Positions 60,158 through 64,000 of a stretch of 64,000 nt of DNA are shown here, piece after piece. The DNA lies in the NCBI RefSeq assembly GCF_041146345.1, contig NW_027191406.1, forward strand, positions 744,001 to 808,000. The letters are read 5' to 3'. Both the position numbers and the translations under genes were made by a program. The stretch comes from Neodothiora populina. Lineage: Eukaryota. Every line of letters starts with the position of its first letter. Position 1 is the stretch's first letter. Under the pieces are notes generated by a model. The model searched no databases, was not told where the DNA came from, and saw only the letters and a program-made list of their open reading frames with translations.

Positions 60158-60477
60158 CACAACGACAACAACGACAACAGCTGCCACCGTCACAACAGCA
60201 ACAAGAAGGGTACGCCTACCCCGGCGCTAGCAACGCCTTTGATTCCCTTGACTTCCTCGAGAATTTCCCTGCAGCGGGCCCGCACGGGGAACCCATGCAC
60301 GGCGCCGTGTCTGCGGACCACAACGGAGCCGGCGGCTTCCCGGATTACGATCTCGGGTTTGGCGTGGGCGGACTGTCGTTTGACGGTGGTGCCGGACCTT
60401 CGTGGGACGAGAGCGGGGGCTTCGATCTCTTCGATGGTTTCTTCTTCGGCGGCGGGGCTGGCCACGCTGGCGGGTAA
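57085..60477 (+). CDS. uaY: Zn2Cys6 transcription factor, UaY/Ppr1-type positive regulator of purine utilisation; 4 introns
   Basis: FRNVSACNRCRLRKNRCDQKLPACTSCEKANVKCVGFDPVSKREIPRSYVYYLESRV, YLGSTSGISFARVVF, RRRLWWCVYSFDR, acidic-aromatic C-terminal activation tail. Confidence 0.92.
60103..60203 (+). repeat. Imperfect CAG/CAA poly-Gln tract in uaY
   Basis: Read directly: QQQQRQQRQQQQQQQQQQSQRQQRQQ. Confidence 0.9.
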
Positions 60478-61527
60478 TCTAACATGATTAATACAAAACA
60501 GGCTCACAAAAGATCGGGAACCATATTAAGGGAAAGAGAAAAAAACTCAAGGCAAGGCTGGCTGGCAGGGTTGGGCTTCAATTGCGAAATGATGTCTTTT
60601 ATGCTTTCACGCTTCGTAGATTACAATATGGCGGTCAGACCTCCACGGCCGGGGACACGTTTTGTTCTGGAAATTTTCGAAGAATGCGAATGACGTCGGT
60701 TCTCTTGGTTGCTGCACTGTGCTGCACAGATGGTGAATTCGCTAGGACCTTACCGTGAGCACTGTCGGCCTATCATTTTAGTCGTTCATGACTTGTGCTA
60801 TGGGACCATCATTGCGAGAAACAGGCGGTGCACAGGTGCCTTGCTGCAAGCACTACGCTCGGAGCAAGTTGTCACTTCACGTGGTGCCTCGCTGGGCAAT
60901 ATTTATCCGACCTTTGCCAACCCCACTCCGTTGCGCTGTAGTTCCATCGCATCGAATATTACTTTATTTCACCCTGAATACATGTACTTATTTTTGGCGC
61001 AATGGAAAAAAAAGGGATCTACAACGTGGCGGCTATGAACTTTCCTTCCAGGCTAAGGGAGATTGAATTGAGGCTCTTCTCTTGTTCCATCTGCCTGTCG
61101 GAGCGGTAACTGCTTTCTAGGTACAGTATAACAAAACGCCACGCCGCACCGGTTCCATGGCAGGGTATAAAAAAAGCCTCCTTGAGGATGCCAAAACAAA
61201 AAGTCCCCGATGAATATCCTCCATTTTCCCCCCAATGCCCCACAAACCAACGAAGCATAATGGACCGTATGAAATATGACGAACGCCCCCACCCCAATTC
61301 TCTATAGCGCAAACCCTCCCATATAGCTTCATGCCCAACCAAAGGCCGCTGCAACTTCGAAAGCAGCTGCGGGGATATTTTGCCCAATGAGAAAATATGC
61401 TGCGCCTGACTGACCAACTCCCCGGTAAAACTCGCATTATTAAGCCCTAACCCTCAAACTCCTTGACGTCGGTCATTCGTGGCATCTGGTACAGCCGTAC
61501 ATATGCCAAAGTAGGAGACGTGGTCGC

Positions 61528-63480
61528 TCACGGTTGGTGCGTGGTAGATTCGGACGTACGCTGGTAGATTGGCAATGCATCCACCGAGTTGTGTTCACAT
61601 GAGTACAACGAATCGGCTAAATTTCCAGACTCGAGGTTTGTGGCATCGAAGTAGGAGTCGTATTCGTCGTCCAATTTAATATTAGCTTCCTCGGCTTTGC
61701 TGTAGGCTCTGTTTTCCTCAACCATGCAGAGACAGAGAACAGATCCAATCATAGCAACCAGCCCGTTGGTCCACCATGGCAATCCTAGAGCTCCTACCGA
61801 CAGTCCAGCGGACTGCACAAGTCCGGACAGAGTTGGGCCGAATGCTCTGCAAAGACTTGCAGCAGAAGCTGATACGCCGTTCAAGGTTCCTAGGATCTTC
61901 TTGGAAGGCGCGGTGTTCGCGAGCATGATGGCCAATGAAGGGAACGTCAATGCTTGTGCTGACACTTTCCAGACGAGCAAGGCATAGATTCCGGGCGTTC
62001 GTAGTGAGACCGGAATAAGTGTGAGGTAAGGCACCAGGATATACAGAATCGGATAGCTGAGTGCCACCAGACGGAATGTCTTGATGCTACCAAGCTTGCG
62101 GTTGACCATAGGGAATATGAAGATTGTAACGAACATCTGGATAAACCCTTGGACTGATAGAATAAATCCAATCTGCTTCGTTGGCAATGCAAAGCCGCCG
62201 ACAAATCTGAATGGAAGTTTTGGAGCTTGGCCGGATTCTGGCATACTGAAAAGGACTGGAAGTAGTTGCTCAGCAGATATCGTGTGATAAGCCAAGATGC
62301 CGTATGAAACAATGTTCAGAATGACCTGTCGTGTGAAAGGATTGGGGAGGGCGGGTCGAGAGGGCCGCGGCAGTGGCTTGATCATGTCCTGTAGCTGCGG
62401 TGGCAAATCTGCTACCACCACAGGAGTCAACGTAGGGGAGGATTCCTGGGACGAGTAGCCTGGTGGTGAGTCGGCGAGTAGATTCAGCGACTCCTCACCA
62501 AATCCAATCTTCTCACTTCCCCTTGCAGGGCGAATCAAACCAAGAAGCCATTTTCCAGCTTCCAGACCAATGTCCTTGCGTTCTTTCTTGTCTTCGTGCG
62601 TTTCCTCTAGAAACAAAATACCGACAACCATACCGAACACGACTACTCCTGTGCACACAATATTAGGAAGCAGATACGGATATGTCGCGAAGATCGAGTC
62701 TTCACTAAAGTAGCCAGGGTAGTTGCGGACAGGATCCGCCAGAGTACCACCAAGTCCAGATCCAATGATTGATCTAAAAGCGATTAGCCAATATAGTGAT
62801 GTAATCAAGACATGCACTTACCCGAGGCACCAGACAAATGGCATAATTGAGTATGCACGAGCTTCGAGAAAGTCAGTCAGAACGAACTCGATAGAGCATG
62901 CAGTAGCAACAAACCTTGATGAGCTTCTACCGTCACAACCTCAGCCACTGTCGTTTGTAGTACTCCAATGTTGCTATTCAGAGTCAGTATGAGATGTTGG
63001 TCACTTGAAGAGATCTTCTGTCACGAACCCGTTCAAAAGTCCACCCAGCGCACGCGCTATTAGTGCCGAGGTCAAGTTGGGCGCAAATCCGAATGCAAGC
63101 ATACTGATACCGGTGCCAGCAAGGCCCATAAGCAGAATAGGCTTTCGCCCAAATTTGTCGCTCAATCGTCCCCATACCACCCCGGTAGAGAACTCGGCGA
63201 ATGCGAAAGCTGATGTCACCATGCCAGCATACAAGGCGATCTTCTTTTCGTCATCCGTGATGTGAAAGGAAGAGACCATGTAGTAGACATATGGAAATAT
63301 GGACATGAAAGCAATTGGCTCGCATATCCGACATAAGGCTGGATGATCACGTCAGTCTGGATTTCATGGGCAAGTAGACGACAATAATGACTGTTTCTCA
63401 CCTAAAACGAACAACTGACGTGTGGGGAAGGCAGTCTGGCGCTTCCCGGACTGCCATTGACTGGCTTGTGGAGCTGCCAT
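61528..63480 (-). CDS. MFS transporter, YCR023C/ZIFL-like; 3 introns
   Basis: FPTRQLFVL|ALCRICEPIAFMSIFPY, WGRLSDKFGRKP, ARALGGLLNG, YPYLLPN, FLEETH, LGTLNG, RAFGP. Confidence 0.92.
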
Positions 63481-64000
63481 GAGTGTGGTCGAGAGCCAGT
63501 GGTATGAAGGAGATTGGTGGTGTAACTTAGACAGCCAAGGGTAAGGTTTGGGACAAGCTGTGTCAGACCTCGACCTTGAAAATGGGGTCGCTCTTTCTTA
63601 TCACAAGTTCAGAGAGATCTCGGACAAGACACGGCAGCAGAATGTAGAGATAATTGTGTCACACGGGAGCAATATGATCCACAGATTCGGGATTGGAAAG
63701 CCAACGCACAGGAAGTGGCAAAGGGCAGAATGTCACCAAGGCAGAGGGAATGAACAACCACGTAGCGGGGCGTGGGTAGACGGTGAAGAAGATGATGAAG
63801 AGATGCAGACCCACGGCGGCGTGAGCAATCGCACGACCTCGATCCAATTATCGCAGCGACCCAGTGACGATCGAAACGAGGGACAGTCCCCGTTTGAGAC
63901 CCGGGAACCCATCATGGATGGTCTTGTCAGTAGTGTGAGCATATGGCGATTGCTTCTGCCCCTGTCCATGGTCGAAACTCTGAAGAACGATTTGAAACCA

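Noticed and set aside
61445..61454. CCCTAACCCT telomere-like sequence
   Set aside because: Fewer than two units; chance occurrence.
1..64000. Genome-wide reassignment of TAG to a sense codon
   Set aside because: TAG ends MRPL6, MET22, the cyclase, RidA and the Rho-like gene (directly after its CAAX box) at their expected C-termini, so any bypass must be site-specific.

Overview
Gene-dense, intron-containing fungal genomic DNA from a filamentous ascomycete (Pezizomycotina; Dothideomycete-like is my impression, not verified). About 26 protein-coding loci can be modelled with canonical GT..CTRAC..YAG introns: GH5 beta-mannanase, MRPL6, KAR5/Tht1-like, Ataxin-10/Ctr86-like, MET22, a PAP2 lipid phosphatase, a GH72 Gas/Gel, an atypical Rho-like GTPase, PRS5-like, two MFS transporters, MARVEL, Rsm1/NIPA-like, SPB4, JMJD5-like, a cyclase-family protein, TLC, an alpha/beta hydrolase, RAD2/XPG, NCL1/TRM4, RidA, UaY and several orphans. 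I found no tRNA, rRNA, CRISPR or recognisable transposon. The strongest unusual signal is at the Ataxin-10/Ctr86 gene. It carries an inserted HMG box, and its TAG stop (9290-9292) is followed by 348 open in-frame codons. These repeat a helical motif found just before the stop, and the first post-stop copy lies upstream of any in-frame ATG. This suggests the stop is bypassed by UAG->UGG A-to-I editing, readthrough or a weak intron. Two other genes are broken by a single in-frame TAG (34356-34354, 45776-45774). All family assignments come from motif recognition; no database searches were run.
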